Of a stretch of DNA of 64,000 nucleotides, positions 11,968 through 25,955 are shown piece by piece. Position 1 is the first letter of the stretch. The number at the start of each line of letters is the position of its first letter. The stretch spans positions 12,536,464 through 12,600,463 of the forward strand of contig NC_043011.1 in NCBI RefSeq assembly GCF_006345805.1, given 5' to 3'. This DNA comes from Octopus sinensis (lineage: Eukaryota). A program made the translations under genes and the position numbers. The notes beneath the pieces were generated by a model, which ran no database searches, was not told the DNA's origin, and saw only the letters and a program-made list of their open reading frames with translations.

Positions 11968-12210
11968 TGTTTTTATACTAAATGATCTTGACATTCCTTT
12001 TACTTTACATAAAATATATTCTTTTTGCTCTACTGTTGTATTAATGCAATTTATTTACGAATATTATAAATTTTATTGGTAAAATATTTTTCTGAGAACC
12101 AATTACAATTTATGACATTGCGACTATGGGAAATTACTGCTCTGCTTTATGAGTTTTAGCTTTATGAGCAGTCTCAAAGATCAAATTAACTTGTATGTTA
12201 AGGCATTACT
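11610..12210 (+). mobile_element. Internally deleted pogo/Tigger-like transposon remnant
   Basis: DTNFEQRAEVSTTTTNASACYREIYREQKK then (frameshift) ASSQQTTLNLFFKK resembles the Tigger transposase C-terminus. The 3' end ...gcattactg-TA resembles a Tigger TIR (CAGTA). Confidence 0.55.
11894..11967. repeat. (AAC)n(AAT)n microsatellite
   Basis: Direct reading of the sequence. Confidence 0.95.
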
Positions 12211-12237
12211 GTATATATAAATGCATATATATGTCTA

Positions 12238-12268
<31 letters not shown>

Positions 12269-12299
12269 GTGTATATGTATATGCACATATATATATGCA

Positions 12300-12337
<38 letters not shown>

Positions 12338-12341
<4 letters not shown>

Positions 12342-13465
12342 GCTGTCCGGAAAGTTCGTGCCGATTTTTAAAGGCAAGAAAAAGGTCAATAAATACTTGC
12401 CATACATTTTTAATCAACCACAATATTGAACCATTTTTGTTGCACAATGCGTCTCCATCTTTCCTTTAAACTTCAAAATACCCTCTTCCCAGAATTGAGG
12501 TGCTTTCATGGCAAAGAAGTCATCAAGGGTATCTTTTTACGTCATCCAAGGAATTGAAATTTTTACCATTAAGGACTATTTACAGAGACCTGAATATAAG
12601 TGGAAATCCGAAGGAGCAATATCTGGTGAATATGGAGGGTGGGGTAACACATCCCAGCTGTGAGCTGCAGCAATTTTTGTCTGATTCCCAAAGAAATGTG
12701 CGGTCTTGCATTTTCATGTTGGAAAACAACACCATTCCTGTTGGCCAATTCTGGATGTTTCTCTTGAATTGCTGCTTTTAACTCGACCAGTTGTATGCAG
12801 TATTTCTCAGAATTAATTGTCTGGTTACTTGGGAGAAGCTCATAGTACAGAATTCCTTTCCAATCCCACTAGACACAAATCAAGACTTTTTTTAGGATGA
12901 AGACTTGCTTTTGGGGTGGTTAAGGGTGGCTCATGTTACTTACTCCAGGATCGCTTTCTCTGAACATTTCGGTAGATAATCCATTTCTATCACCGGATTT
13001 TGATAGGTTGAGGCTTTCTGCCAATTCTCAGGTTGTGCAATGTGGGTTATTCTCAATTAATGACTTGATTTGGTCATCATCTGTAGTGGATGGTCTGTCT
13101 GATCGCTCTTTAACAATAAGGCTACACTCTCCAGCTCGGAACCTTGCGAACCACTTCCGTACAGTTCTTTCGGATAAAGAAACATCACCGTAAATTGCAC
13201 ATATTTCTTTGGTTGCTTGTGAGGCATTTTTCCCATTACGGAAAAAGAAAAGCATCAAGTGCTGAAAATGAACTTTCTTATCTTTCATTTTAAAGGGTTA
13301 CAGAATTAACACAGGTTATAGGAACATAAACCTTCTTCCATGAAAAGATAGCTTAAACTGTGCTCTAAATGGAGGTGTAGTCAAATCCTATTTTATGAAC
13401 TCAACCATGTTCTAAAATAAGTCAAAAGTAAGCTACTATAAATCAGCATGAACTTTCCGGACAAC

Positions 13466-13469
<4 letters not shown>
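12338..13469 (-). mobile_element. Mariner transposon, both TIRs intact, transposase disrupted and internally deleted
   Basis: TIR TTGGG(C/T)TGTCCGGAAAGTTC at both ends within (TA)n. Minus-strand MKDKKVHFQHLMLFFFRNGKNASQATKEICAIYG...RTVRKWFARFRAG HTH, HPPYSPDIAPSDFHLF motif and C-terminal FWEEGI. At 1132 bp it is shorter than a typical ~1.3-kb mariner. Confidence 0.92.
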
Positions 13470-13558
<89 letters not shown>

Positions 13559-13592
13559 TATATACATATATAATATACATATATATGTATAC

Positions 13593-13623
<31 letters not shown>

Positions 13624-14337
13624 CATATATACTTCCCACCCACAAGGTTCTGGGTTCAGTCCTACGGCATGACATCTTGGGCAACTGTTTTCTACTGTAG
13701 CCTCACGTTGACCAAAGCCTTGTGAGTGGATTTGGTAGATGGAAACTGAAAGAAGCTCATCGTATGTATGTATGTATGTATGTATGTATGTATGTATGTA
13801 TGTATGTATGTATGTCCTTGCCTTCGAAATACAGAGTAGATGAAACAGGGACAACTGAAGAAGGGGAATATTCTTTATGTTGCATGTCTCGTTTCCCTGT
13901 GTGGCTTTTTCGCTGTTCGAAAAAAAGTTCGTTTTCTATGTTTTCGTTTTTATGTTTTCGTTTCTCATTGTGTTCAACATTTTTTGATACCTGTACCCAT
14001 ATATGCATGTATATATACATATATATGTAGGTATGTACATATATGTATGTATATATGCATATATTTATATATTATTTATATTATTATATATATATATATA
14101 TGTGTGTGAGTGTGTGTGTGTGTCTATCTGTTTTTGTACAACCACCATCACTTGACAACTAATGCTGGTGTGTTTACATCCCTATAACTTAGCTGTTTGG
14201 CAAAACAGATCAATAGAATAAATCCTAAGTTTACAAAGAATAAGTCCTGGGGTCAATTTCTTCAACTAAAAAAACCCTTTAGTGCAGTGGTCCAGCACAG
14301 CTATAATCAAATGACTGAAACATGTAAAAGAATATGC

Positions 14338-14381
<44 letters not shown>

Positions 14382-14448
14382 GAGACATATATGCATTATA
14401 TATAATACATATAATACATACATTTATGTGTGTGTATGTATATAAATA

Positions 14449-14505
<57 letters not shown>

Positions 14506-15764
14506 CAAGATTGAAGCCTGGTGCAGCCATCTGGTTTGCCAACCCTCAGTCACACGTCCAACCCATGCTAGCATGGAAAGTGGACGTTAAATGATGATGA
14601 TGATGATGATATATATATATACATATATATGCACACACACACACACATATACACACTTATAAAAATACTCACACACACACACACACCAACTGTACAAACA
14701 TCCCCATACATCATCATTATTCTGTATGATATTGTCTGTAGAAAATATAAGTAATTTACAGTTTACTTTCCAAGATATAAATATGTGAAATGAAGTGAAA
14801 GGAAATGTAATTGTTGTGTAAAAATGACTTCGTTTCAGTCATTATAATTATTAAATCGCCATCAATCAGCAATGACCTTAGATTAGGTATTTATTAGATT
14901 AGTGAATACAAATGATTATACCATAAAAACTAACCTGAAGTTGAGAGTATCATCATGAATATCATTAAAGGGCCAACTCATTTGCTTAACAAACGTCAAT
15001 ACCGTGGGAAGAAATACTTGAGCAATAAGTAAGATGAGGTGTTACTTTCTTAACTAAAATATCTGCTGTTCTCTCTGTTGAAAATAAATACTTGTAAAGA
15101 AAAGTAGAAAGGATTATCATGTAGATACATTTTAAAAATATTAGCTTCAAAGAAATGCCAAAATTCTTCAAAAGCCAGTAGCAGAGGTAGTAGTCAGATT
15201 TTCTTCGTTGATATTAAATTAACAGATTTTTCTCTTGGATAGAAGCACTAAACAGTCCACTGCATATAACATATAACTGATGTTTTTTTTTACCTGCCAG
15301 TTAATCAGGTGTATCATTCAAATATTTTATTAACATATTTGGAGGCCAGTTTCTCAGGAGATTTTTTTTTTTCTATTTTAAAATCTGTTTTAGAATACAA
15401 AAGGCACGAAATTATAGAAACAGAAAAAAAGTTTTCATCAAATCCCTGTGCTAAAGGAAGAATGTACAGACATCAGCAACTTCCAGTTTAGTTAGCATAG
15501 TAGCTATCAGGTATCATGGATCAGACAGACGTACATCAGAAGAAATTGATAGATGTAAAGTTACATGGGAAAAAGATTCTCAGTAAAAATGTTTTCAAGG
15601 TGAAAAATGCTAAAGTTTAGCTGTCCATATCATAACAACTAACATTGCAATAACAGAACTTCACTTACTTTCTTCTATACACAACTTTTACAAACAAAAT
15701 AATTCATTAACTACTAAAAATCTAATTACAATTTAATAGGTTTTTAGTAATTATAGATGTTGCT

Positions 15765-15776
15765 GTTGTTGTTGTT

Positions 15777-15831
<55 letters not shown>

Positions 15832-15835
15832 CTAC

Positions 15836-15874
<39 letters not shown>

Positions 15875-15930
15875 TATCATCATATTATCATATTATCATA
15901 TTATTATTATTATTATCATCATTATTATCA

Positions 15931-15972
<42 letters not shown>

Positions 15973-16067
15973 CATCATTATTATTATTATTATTATTTTT
16001 ATCATCATTATCATTATTATTGTTATTACTTTTATTATTATTATTATCATCATCATTATCATTATTA

Positions 16068-16106
<39 letters not shown>

Positions 16107-16183
16107 GTACTATTATCATCATCATTATCATTATTATTGTTATTATTATTATCATTATTATTATTACTATCATTATTATCATA

Positions 16184-16214
<31 letters not shown>

Positions 16215-16215
16215 T
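15765..16215. repeat. Compound (TCA)n/(TTA)n trinucleotide tract
   Basis: Direct reading; it produces the spurious poly-S/Y/I ORFs. Confidence 0.95.
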
Positions 16216-16864
16216 AATTATTATCTTAAATAATATTTTGTTAATTCTGATGAAATACAAAGTTTATTTTGCAATATTATATTTAATGCAACACCTAATT
16301 GTTCTCTTAGCGGTTTACTTTGGTTCACATCCTTATTTATAGAAACAATCAGATGTGCAGGCAAAAAAAATTTTTTTTTTCTATTTATATCTTTTTCCTT
16401 TTTAGACACTGTTGCTGCAAAGGGACTGAAACAGCATTTCAGTGTTACTGACTTCAGACAAGTTATATAAATATTGTTGCTTCTATTCCAATTAGCTTCA
16501 GAACAGATTCCAGTTCTATTACATGTTACCTTCTACTTATTCCAAAGATAAAACAAACCATGCCTAAGTACATTAAATTGCAGAATAGATTTTAGAAAAA
16601 GAGAAAGGATTTATTTACTAGGAATACAAACTATGAGAGGTGCTGTGCTATTGGATGGCTTTTGAGATCCAAACAGTCTTAATGTTGAGGTAATTAAATG
16701 TTTTTAATTATTTCAGTTTGAAAGTTAACATCATTGTTTTCCCCCCACTACTCATTCATATCGCAGATAATGATGTAAACTCTGCAGAGTATAAACTCTT
16801 TAACAGAACAAATATATCGTAAGTTAACCAATACAGTTTGGCAAATGGGGGTGTGAGTTAATTG

Positions 16865-17115
16865 GGTGATGATGATAATGATGATGGCGGTGGTGGTGGT
16901 TGTGGTGATGGTGGTGGTGGCAGGCAGCAATAGCAGTGATGATGATGGTGGGCGGTGGTGGTGGTGGTGGTGATGATGATGATGATGGTGGGGGTGATTA
17001 TGATGATGATGATGATGATGATGATGATGGTAGTGAGGGTAGTGGTGGTGGTGGTGACAGGCAGCAATAGCAGTGATGATGATGATGGTGGTGGTGGTGG
17101 TGGTGGTGATGGTGG

Positions 17116-17145
<30 letters not shown>
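16865..17145. repeat. Compound (GAT)n/(GGT)n tract with an internal duplicated unit
   Basis: gtggtggtg...caggcagcaatagcagtgatgatgat occurs twice (~16910 and ~17050). Confidence 0.9.
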
Positions 17146-17146
<1 letters not shown>

Positions 17147-17635
17147 AGAGGAGAACAAAGAGAATACAAGAGGTAAAGTAATTTATTCAATGGTATAATT
17201 AAGAGAGTGAGCTCCTAGCAATAAATTTTTAAATCTTCCAGAAGCCAGTGCTGCCTTGTACTCCTTGGCAGAGCATCATGCTTTGTTTCAGTTATCCCCA
17301 AAAAATCTTATAAAAGTTTCTAAAAACAGAAAAAATATTCTTGAACAAGAGAGAAACGACAATAATAGTATTTGAACCTGACCCTCCGTCTATCAAATAT
17401 TTCTTGTTCGAAACAAACTTATTTGTAAATTACAAAAAGTGAGCTAAGGGAAGTAATTGAAGTGAGCCAATGGCATGAATTTATATAATTTAAGCTATTA
17501 AGTGAATGATATAGTCAACAAAATTCTAAATTAATTAAAATTTGGCTCTTTGTTGGTGCAGGTGAGGATGGGTGGGGAAATCAAAAACTTTGATGATGAT
17601 GATGATGATGATGGTCGTCATTGTCGTCGTCATCC

Positions 17636-17666
<31 letters not shown>

Positions 17667-17967
17667 TATTATTATTATTATTATTATTATTCTCATTATC
17701 ATTTTAAATAATTTTTAAATATATTCTAAATTTGTTAGAAATACTTGTGTACATCATTCGGTTCTTGAATAACAGAAATTATTTCCCCATTTCTTTAACA
17801 GTCATATAAAGTTTTTGTTATTTTTCTATTTGTTTCAGTCATTAGACTGTGTGCATACTGGGGAAGCACCTTGAAGAATTGTGTGTCAAATAAATCAACC
17901 CCAGTACACGATTTTGTGAAGCCTGGTACTTATTCTATCAGTTTCTATTGCTGAACCACTAAGTAAT

Positions 17968-18244
17968 GTTGTTGTTGTTTATTCCTTCTCAAGCCATGCG
18001 TGGCTCATAAGGGCCGGTTTCCCGGTTTCCTTGGTGTATAGGTTCCCCACCTGGACGCAGGAGGAAAGAGTGAGAGAAAGTTGTGGTGAAAGAGTCAGCA
18101 GAAGTTTCGCTATTACCTTCTGCCAGAGCCGCATGGAGCTTAGGTGTTTCGCTCATAAACACACACATCGCCCGATCTGAGATTCGAACCTGCGATCCCT
18201 CGACCACGAGTCCGCTGCTCTAACCACTAGGCCATGTGCCTCCA
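17968..18244 (-). mobile_element. tRNA(Arg)-derived SINE with ~12-bp TSD, nested inside a family A SINE (17830-18493)
   Basis: CACTAAGTAATG flanks both sides; reverse complement of the 2645-2954 copy. Confidence 0.85.
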
Positions 18245-19828
18245 CTAAGTAATGGGCATGTAAACACCAACACCAGTTGTCAATAGTGGTTGGAGGACAG
18301 ATGCAGACACAATCACACACATGCATGTACACACACACACACGACAGGCTTCTTTCAGTTTCCATCTACCAAATCTATTTACAAGGCTTTGGTTGGCCCA
18401 AGGCTATGGTAGAAGACACTTGCCCAAGGTGCCACGTGTGGGACTGAACCCAGAGCCATGTGGTTGGGAAACAAGCTTCTTACCATACAGCCAAACAAAT
18501 TTTTATGCATTTAGAAATGTTTGTATTCATCATTCAGTACTCTTACCTGAATTATACAAATTCATACCATTGACCCACTTGGGTTATTTCCCTTAGTTGA
18601 TATTTTGTAATTATGCGAATTATATTTGTCATAATTTTTTAAAACCCTTTTATGACTTGTAAATTTGCTTCCCAAAATTTTCAGTAGATTAAGCAGGTTT
18701 CAGTAGATTACATTATGCTGATGAGGTCTCAAAAGATAGAAACATGTTCATATATGTTGCATAACTAAAATCAGATTTTTACACCTAAGTATGAAAATTC
18801 ATATTGTTATATTTCAGGGTGGTGTTGTTTTTATTATTATTATTTTTTGCCAGTTAAGCATATATACTACTTTCTTATTCTTCACTTCAGCTTTGTTACT
18901 ATTCTTATTTTTGTATTCTTTGACTGAGGAGACATGGGACAGAGACTCACTGAAGAGGCAACAGGATGTGTGAGGAAAAATTTCAGACAAAAGATTACTA
19001 AAATAAGAAGAAGAATAAAACTGAAATGAAAAACAAATATATAGTGCATGTAGTTACTCTCTTTTACTTATTTCAGTCATTTGACTGTGGCCATGCTGGA
19101 GCACCGCCTTTAGTCAAGCAAATCGACTTTGTAAGTCTAGTACTTATTCCATCGGTCTCTTTTGCCGAACCGCTAAGTTACGGGGACGTAAACACACCAG
19201 TTGGGGGAACAAACACAGACACACAAACATATATACACACACATACATATATATATATATGTATATATCTATATCTCAGCTGAAATTGCAAGGATGATCC
19301 GGTTCTTGACTGAAGATTGATGGCTTCGAATGTCCCGTCCGTGTTTTTTGTATTGTCTTCTAAATGTTCTTGTCCCAGTTTGTATTTTTTTATACATATA
19401 TATATATATATATATATAGAATGGTTGTATACTGTCAATCTAACAAGAACGTGACAGTAGGGGGTACACCACCGCTGTATAGCCCTAGGAAGCATCGGAC
19501 ACCTCCTGATGGCTTTGACACATTTTTCCCTGTGTCCTTATATACATATACGAAGGGGAGACAAACACCCCCAGCTGCCGAAACTGCATCTAGGGACACA
19601 TGTTTCAGGATCATTGTCCTTCATCGGGCTAGAGTAGCAGACACCGGTTAACCGGTGATATTTGTCTCGACTTCGTAATTGTATATATCTATACTCAGTG
19701 AAGTCTATTCACTGATTATCAAAATAAGAAATATTGAATTTCTAAATATCTTGTAGAGACATGTACGGTGGTGGGGCGATAGAATGGTTGTATACTGTCA
19801 ATCTAACAAGAACGTGACAGTAGGGGGT

Positions 19829-19866
<38 letters not shown>

Positions 19867-20331
19867 TCATCATCATCATCATCGTTTAACGTCCGCTTTC
19901 CATATATATATATATAAATATATTTACATATACATATATACGACTGGCTTCTTTCAGTTTCCGTCTACCAAATCCACTCACAAGGCTTTGGTCGGCCCGA
20001 GGCTACAGTAGGTGGCACGCAGTGGGACTGAACCCGGAACCATGTGGTTCGTAAGCAAGCTACTTACCACACAGTCACTCCTACGCCTACTTTGCAAAAA
20101 ATAAATAAATAAATTACTATAAAAATACCAGCCTGACATGTCAACAATATGTTTCAACACACGATTTTACATTAGGAATCCGACAAAACAAATACATAAA
20201 CGCATGAAAATTCCGTTTTCTGTGAAACTGATTCTTAGATTCCTAAAGTTATTCCCCTTCCCCACCACAGTTTTAAAACTTACAATTACTATGAGGTTTT
20301 TATCTCCTTTATTAAATTCATTTCCGTTCAT

Positions 20332-20760
20332 GGATCTTTTCGGTATGAACGGCAGTTTTTTCTAGCTGTGTCATATGAAATTGTCACCCATAATTATGAC
20401 CCTAGTATCGATCTATTGCATTTCAATTAGTTTTAGGGTTATGGTTAGAGTTAAGGTTAGGGGTGGGGGGGAAGGGTATCTTCTTTTCTTCAGAAATGTA
20501 AATAAACCCAATCTGTTTCTTAAACGAGGGACATATTCATATGGCACAGAATGTTTTCACCTCAATAGACGGTCATTGATTGGTTGAAATTACAGAAATT
20601 GAAGAAAAAAAAACAACAAATACCGTACAAACTGTAGAATTTTCTCAATAAAGCCAAGAGAAAAAGATGTTTTATAAACACATTCTACCAATATACGAAG
20701 TTTAACATTTTTTAGTTACCTAGAAATTGTTAAAAACTGCCGTTCAAACCGAAAAGATCA
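20332..20760. mobile_element. Merlin-like MITE, copy 2
   Basis: Same TIRs and body as 9014-9433; no clean TSD. Confidence 0.85.
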
Positions 20761-23221
20761 AAAAAAAATTTAATGTTTTCTGTATTGTAGAAGTATAAGC
20801 AATTTATAGCTCATAAATTTTAACCCAAAAAATCTAGGAGAACCATTGCAATGAATTATGGAGAAGTAAACAAACCAGCATCGGTTGTCAACAAATGGTA
20901 GTGAGAGACAAACACAAACATAGGGACACACACACACACATATATGATGAACTTCTTTCAGTTTCCGCCCACCAAATCCACTCACAAAGCTTTCGTCAGG
21001 CTGGGGCTAGAGTAGAAAAATAATCGGCCAAGGTGCCATCAAGTGGGACCGAACCCAGAACTTCTTGTCACACAGTCAATACACACAGTGTAAGCTGATA
21101 ACTTCGATTTACATAACAATACACTGTAACGCCAAAGCCTACATTGCTCCTACTGTGTTTTGAGTAGTTGTCTGTATCCGTTTTTAAGAAATTTGTGCTG
21201 CTGTGTGAAGGAAACGTGAAGACGGCTACAAGAAGTGTAAGGGAAATAACTCTTTCAATTCTACAATAGTCGTAATTCATTCCATCTGTTTTTGATAATC
21301 AGGACAAGACAATGTGTTTGGAGGCGGGGAGGAAAGTGTGTAGGTGTAAGCGTGTGTGTGTGAGTGTGTGTGTATTTGTATGAGTGTGTGTTCATACTTG
21401 CGCAATATATAACTGTGTGCGTGTGTATGGGTGTGTACAATCATCCACATCATTTAACATACATCTTCTATGTTGGACAGTTCAACAATATCTGAAAGTC
21501 AGAGGAGTAGGTTGAGCTCCAGAACATGTACCGAAAGTAATAAAAATCAAACATCCAGTCAACATCATGGTGTTTGGAAGATGTCGAAGGTCTGTGGTCA
21601 GATTCTTCCAGTTTATGATTTATGAGGTTGTAGCATCAAGCCCTTATTGAGTAGGGATGCTACGAAATTGAGAAGTACTAAACAGTACTGCAATCAGATA
21701 ACTTGATCTCATGTACCTCTACACATCTTCCACTGGGGCTGTGTTTAGCATTCACTTTTTAAAGTACAAGGATTGTATTGTGAGCACGGTGATGATTCAA
21801 AGAATATAGAAAAACAATACCAAAGAAAATGCTTCTTAGTTAGGGAGCATGCAATTGATGAAACACACAGGGTGCTTGAAGGGTAGTTGTGGTTTGGATA
21901 TTAACTTGTCATTTTTGTTCTAAAATTAATCAAACTTATGAGGTAACAATGTTACCTCATAAGGGCATCCAGCTGTAGAAACACTGCCAGATCAGATTGG
22001 GGCCTGGTACAGCCTTCTGGCTTCCCAGATCCCGGTTGAACTGTCCAACCCATGCTAGCATGGAAAACAGACGTTAAACGATGGTGATGATGAATGTTCA
22101 AACTGAAATCCTGTAAGAACTACACTAAACTTACTATGTTATAGATTTGGATTCACTATGGAAGAACTAAAGTAGATGTCTTTAAAAATAGGTAGTTTCA
22201 TATTTCAACTGAATAAAGCAGGTTAATAAAATGGGATAAATTTTGAGGAGTGGCTTTGTAATTAGGTGTTCATAATAATTAACAACATTGACAGAGAATC
22301 TTTCACATTTTAATGCAAGGCCACACACAGTAATCTGTTTAACCTTTTAGCTTTCATATTACTCTGTCATACGTAATGCATATTCATTCACAGTGTTTTA
22401 GATTAATTATGAATTATCTTGTAGCTTTGAGATTTTGGTAATGTGATTGTATACTCTAAGAATGATGTAGTAGAGTAGGAGTGAGAAGCCAGATCTGGCC
22501 AAAAGGTAGGATATTTGGGCTGGATATGGCCAGTTTAAATGCTGAAGGGTTGAAAAAGTATCTTATTAAAAACTGAGAGAAATCAAATGGTGCATACAAA
22601 TATATGATGGCATGGTCAAATGTAAAGATAGAAAATTGAGTTATAATGAACTCATCAATAACGAATACCCTGCCAGATAGTATAAGGTGAGAGTAAGAGG
22701 TGCTCCCTAAAAGACAATATATCTAAAACTAATGGATCATCAATAATTGGAGAGAAACTGGGGAAACTGGTAGGATAATGGATACAACATGTCACACTGT
22801 TAATGGTTGATCAGGCAACCAGTTATAGATATCTTTTAAAAACCACATGTTAACAGAGTAAAATATAGGCAAGCCAATGAGGGAGTCTGTACGAGGTCGT
22901 TCAACCTGCTAGAAATAGCATCCAAATCTCTAAATTTCTTGCCTAAAATGGCAAAAAAAAAAATGCTTTGTTTAATAATGTAGTGTGGGGTACATTAGGT
23001 CTGCAGAGAAAAATAAGGTTGTCAAGATTGGATGTTATGTTGGACATTATGTGCTTATGCTCTGAGCAATTGAGACAGATTTGGGGCAGACACAGAACTA
23101 AACAACAACAAAAGTAGCAGACAAACAATCAAAAGCAGCTGTTATAGTTATCTCTGGTGGTTTCTGCTTGAGCTACATATAAAGCCAAATATAAAACCAA
23201 ATGTTTGAGAAGGAATAAAAC

Positions 23222-23635
23222 AGATCTTTTCGGTTTGAACGGCAGTTTTTAGCATAATTTCTAGGTAACTAAAAAATTTTAAACTTCGTATACTGGTAGA
23301 ATGTGTTTATAAAACATCTTTTTCTCTTGGCTTTATTGAGAAAATTCTATAGTTTGTAAGATATTTGTTGGTTATTTTCTTCAGTTTCTGCAATTTCAAC
23401 CAATCACTGACGTCTATTGAGGTAAAAAACATTCTGTGCCGTATGAATATGTCCCTCGTTTAAGAAACAGATTGGGTTTATTTACATTTCTGAAGAAAAA
23501 AAGATACCCTTCCCCCACGCCTAACCCTAACCCTAAAACATTGAAATGCAATAGATCGATACTAGGGTCATAATTATGGGTGACAATTTCATATGACACC
23601 ACTAGAAAAAACTCCTGTTCAAACCGAAAAGATCC
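23222..23635. mobile_element. Merlin-like MITE, copy 3 (opposite orientation)
   Basis: Same TIRs; 9-bp TSD (G/T)AATAAAAC at 23213-23221 and 23636-23644. Confidence 0.85.
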
Positions 23636-24288
23636 TAATAAAACACTTACACCTCACAGTGTCTAAAGTATTTGCCTCACTTATTGTAGTAGTTCTAGTC
23701 CTCATTAGCATTGGTATCCATTAAATATCACAGGGTTTGGAATTTTGAGTTCATGAAAAACAAGCATATCAAAAAATGATGTATATGTATGCATATTTGA
23801 CACATATGCACGTGTGTGTGTGTATTCTTTTACTTGTTTTAGTCATCTGACTGCAGCTATGCTTTGAAGGGTTTTTGTTGAAGAAATTGATCCCAGGACT
23901 TATAGTCTAATACTTGTACGGGGGTAAAAACACACTCACACATATACATATCTATCTATCAGTCTGTCTGTCTGTCTGTCTCTGTCTAGTATAATCCTAT
24001 GAACCAAAAAAAGAGAGGGAAAAAAGAGTCACTAACTGTAATGTGTTTTTTTGGTTGACATTATTGCCCAAGGTTACCGTGGTCTTTTCCATATGCTTTT
24101 CCTTCAATGGATAAATCTGATCTGTTCCCCCTTTTTACATTATGACATTTCTGTGATACACAATCGCTATTGATTAGCCCTTTTTTTTCCCTCCCTTTTG
24201 ATCGAAATTCTACCCCCACTTTTTTCTTCTTCCCAAAAAGAAAAGCACTACTTTGTATTTTGTTCCCTCTGTGTTCAACCCTGTGTGG

Positions 24289-24351
<63 letters not shown>

Positions 24352-24465
24352 TTCAGATGAATATGGTACTTAAGCTGAGGCACCAGAATTTAGTATGGTA
24401 TTAACTATACAATTTCAAAAGAAGGAGATTAAAATCAAAATAAGCAACAAGGATATCCAGAGGTA

Positions 24466-24553
24466 ATGCAGTACGATCGTTTCATGCAACGCCATTTAAT
24501 TGAACAATGAAATCATTACATCAATTTAAATGCAGAGCAATCCACAGCTGCAT
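24466..24553 (-). ncRNA. Decayed hammerhead-like motif related to the palindrome-arm ribozyme
   Basis: atgcag CTGTGGA ttgc...gcat GAAAC GATC GTA ctgcat: 6-bp stem I and the same GAAACGATCGTAC segment. The core has an A6-to-U change. Confidence 0.5.
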
Positions 24554-24892
24554 AAAGTCATAGAATTAAATTAAATTAAAACAGATGGACACAGGAGTAT
24601 AATTATACCTAAAACCTCCAAGAAGGTAAGGAGATAGACAAAGAAGTGAAGACAGCATGTTCTTTGTATATCTTCTTACTGTCTTGGGGGTTTTAGGTAA
24701 AAACAACCAACCACCCAACCAACCAACCAACCAACCAACCAACCTACCTACCTACCTACCTACCTACCTACCTACCTACCTACCAACCTACCTACCTACC
24801 TACCTACCTACCTACCTACCTACCTACCTACATACATACATACATACAGACATGCATACATACATATATGCATACATACATGCATACATACA

Positions 24893-25268
24893 ACTGGCTT
24901 CTTTTAGTTTCTGTCTGCCAAATCGATTTGCAAAGCTTTGGTTGGCCTGAGGTTATAGTAGAAGACAGTTGCCTAAGATGCCATGCAGTGGGACTTGAAC
25001 CCGGAACCATGTGGTTGGGAAGCAAGCTTCTTACCACACAGCCATGCCAGTGCCTATATCTCTTTTATCTCTTTTACTTGTTTCAGTCATTTGACTGCGG
25101 TCATGCTGGAGCACCGCCTTTAATCAAGCAACTTGACCCCAGGACTTATTCTTTTGTAAGCCCAGTACTTATTCTATCAGTCTCTTTTTGCCGAACCGCT
25201 AAGTAATGGGGACATAAACACACCAGCATCGTTTGTCAAGCAATGCTAGGGGGCAAACACAGACACAA

Positions 25269-25299
<31 letters not shown>

Positions 25300-25455
25300 C
25301 ATATATACATATATACGATGGGCTTCTTTCAGTTTCCGTCTACCAAATCCACTCACAAGGCTTTGGTTGGCCCGAGGCTATAGTAGAAGACACTTACCCA
25401 AGGTGCCACGCAGTGGGACTGAACCCGGAACCATGTGGTTGGGAAGCAAGCTACT
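24893..25455 (-). mobile_element. Two stacked family A CORE-type SINEs
   Basis: Two heads (cacacagccatgcca at ~25037 and ~25440) in tandem, both on the minus strand. Confidence 0.8.
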
Positions 25456-25955
25456 TACCACACAGCCATGCCAGGGCCTATATATGTATGCATTTATAAC
25501 ACACAAACATGTGTGTGTGTGTGTGTGGATTTGTTTTGTGAGAATTTTGATCTGAAACAAATGCTGTATATTGGTAAGTCATATTATTAAAACCAATGAA
25601 CATAATTAACAGCTGTCGTTTTCCAAAAAACTATGTCTTACATACTAATCCTGTAGACTTCTAAAGAGATGTTTTCAGGTTCAGATTTCCAACTGATTTC
25701 TCTGAATTATGTTACATCTGTATAGCAAGTGTTTTGGATTATGACATGGTATAGTTTTGATGTTTATTTGTTCCTTTTGCTTCCTTTTGTTGTTGCCATT
25801 ATTAGAACATGTGTATGCATGCATGTGTATGCCTCTCCATATGTGGGTATGCAGCTTTCTATGTGTGTGTGTGTGTGTGCATGTGTCTTTCTATCTGTGG
25901 TGGCTGACTTCAGTTGGTTTTAGCTTTATTATATCTTTATTCTTCTGTAGTGTGA

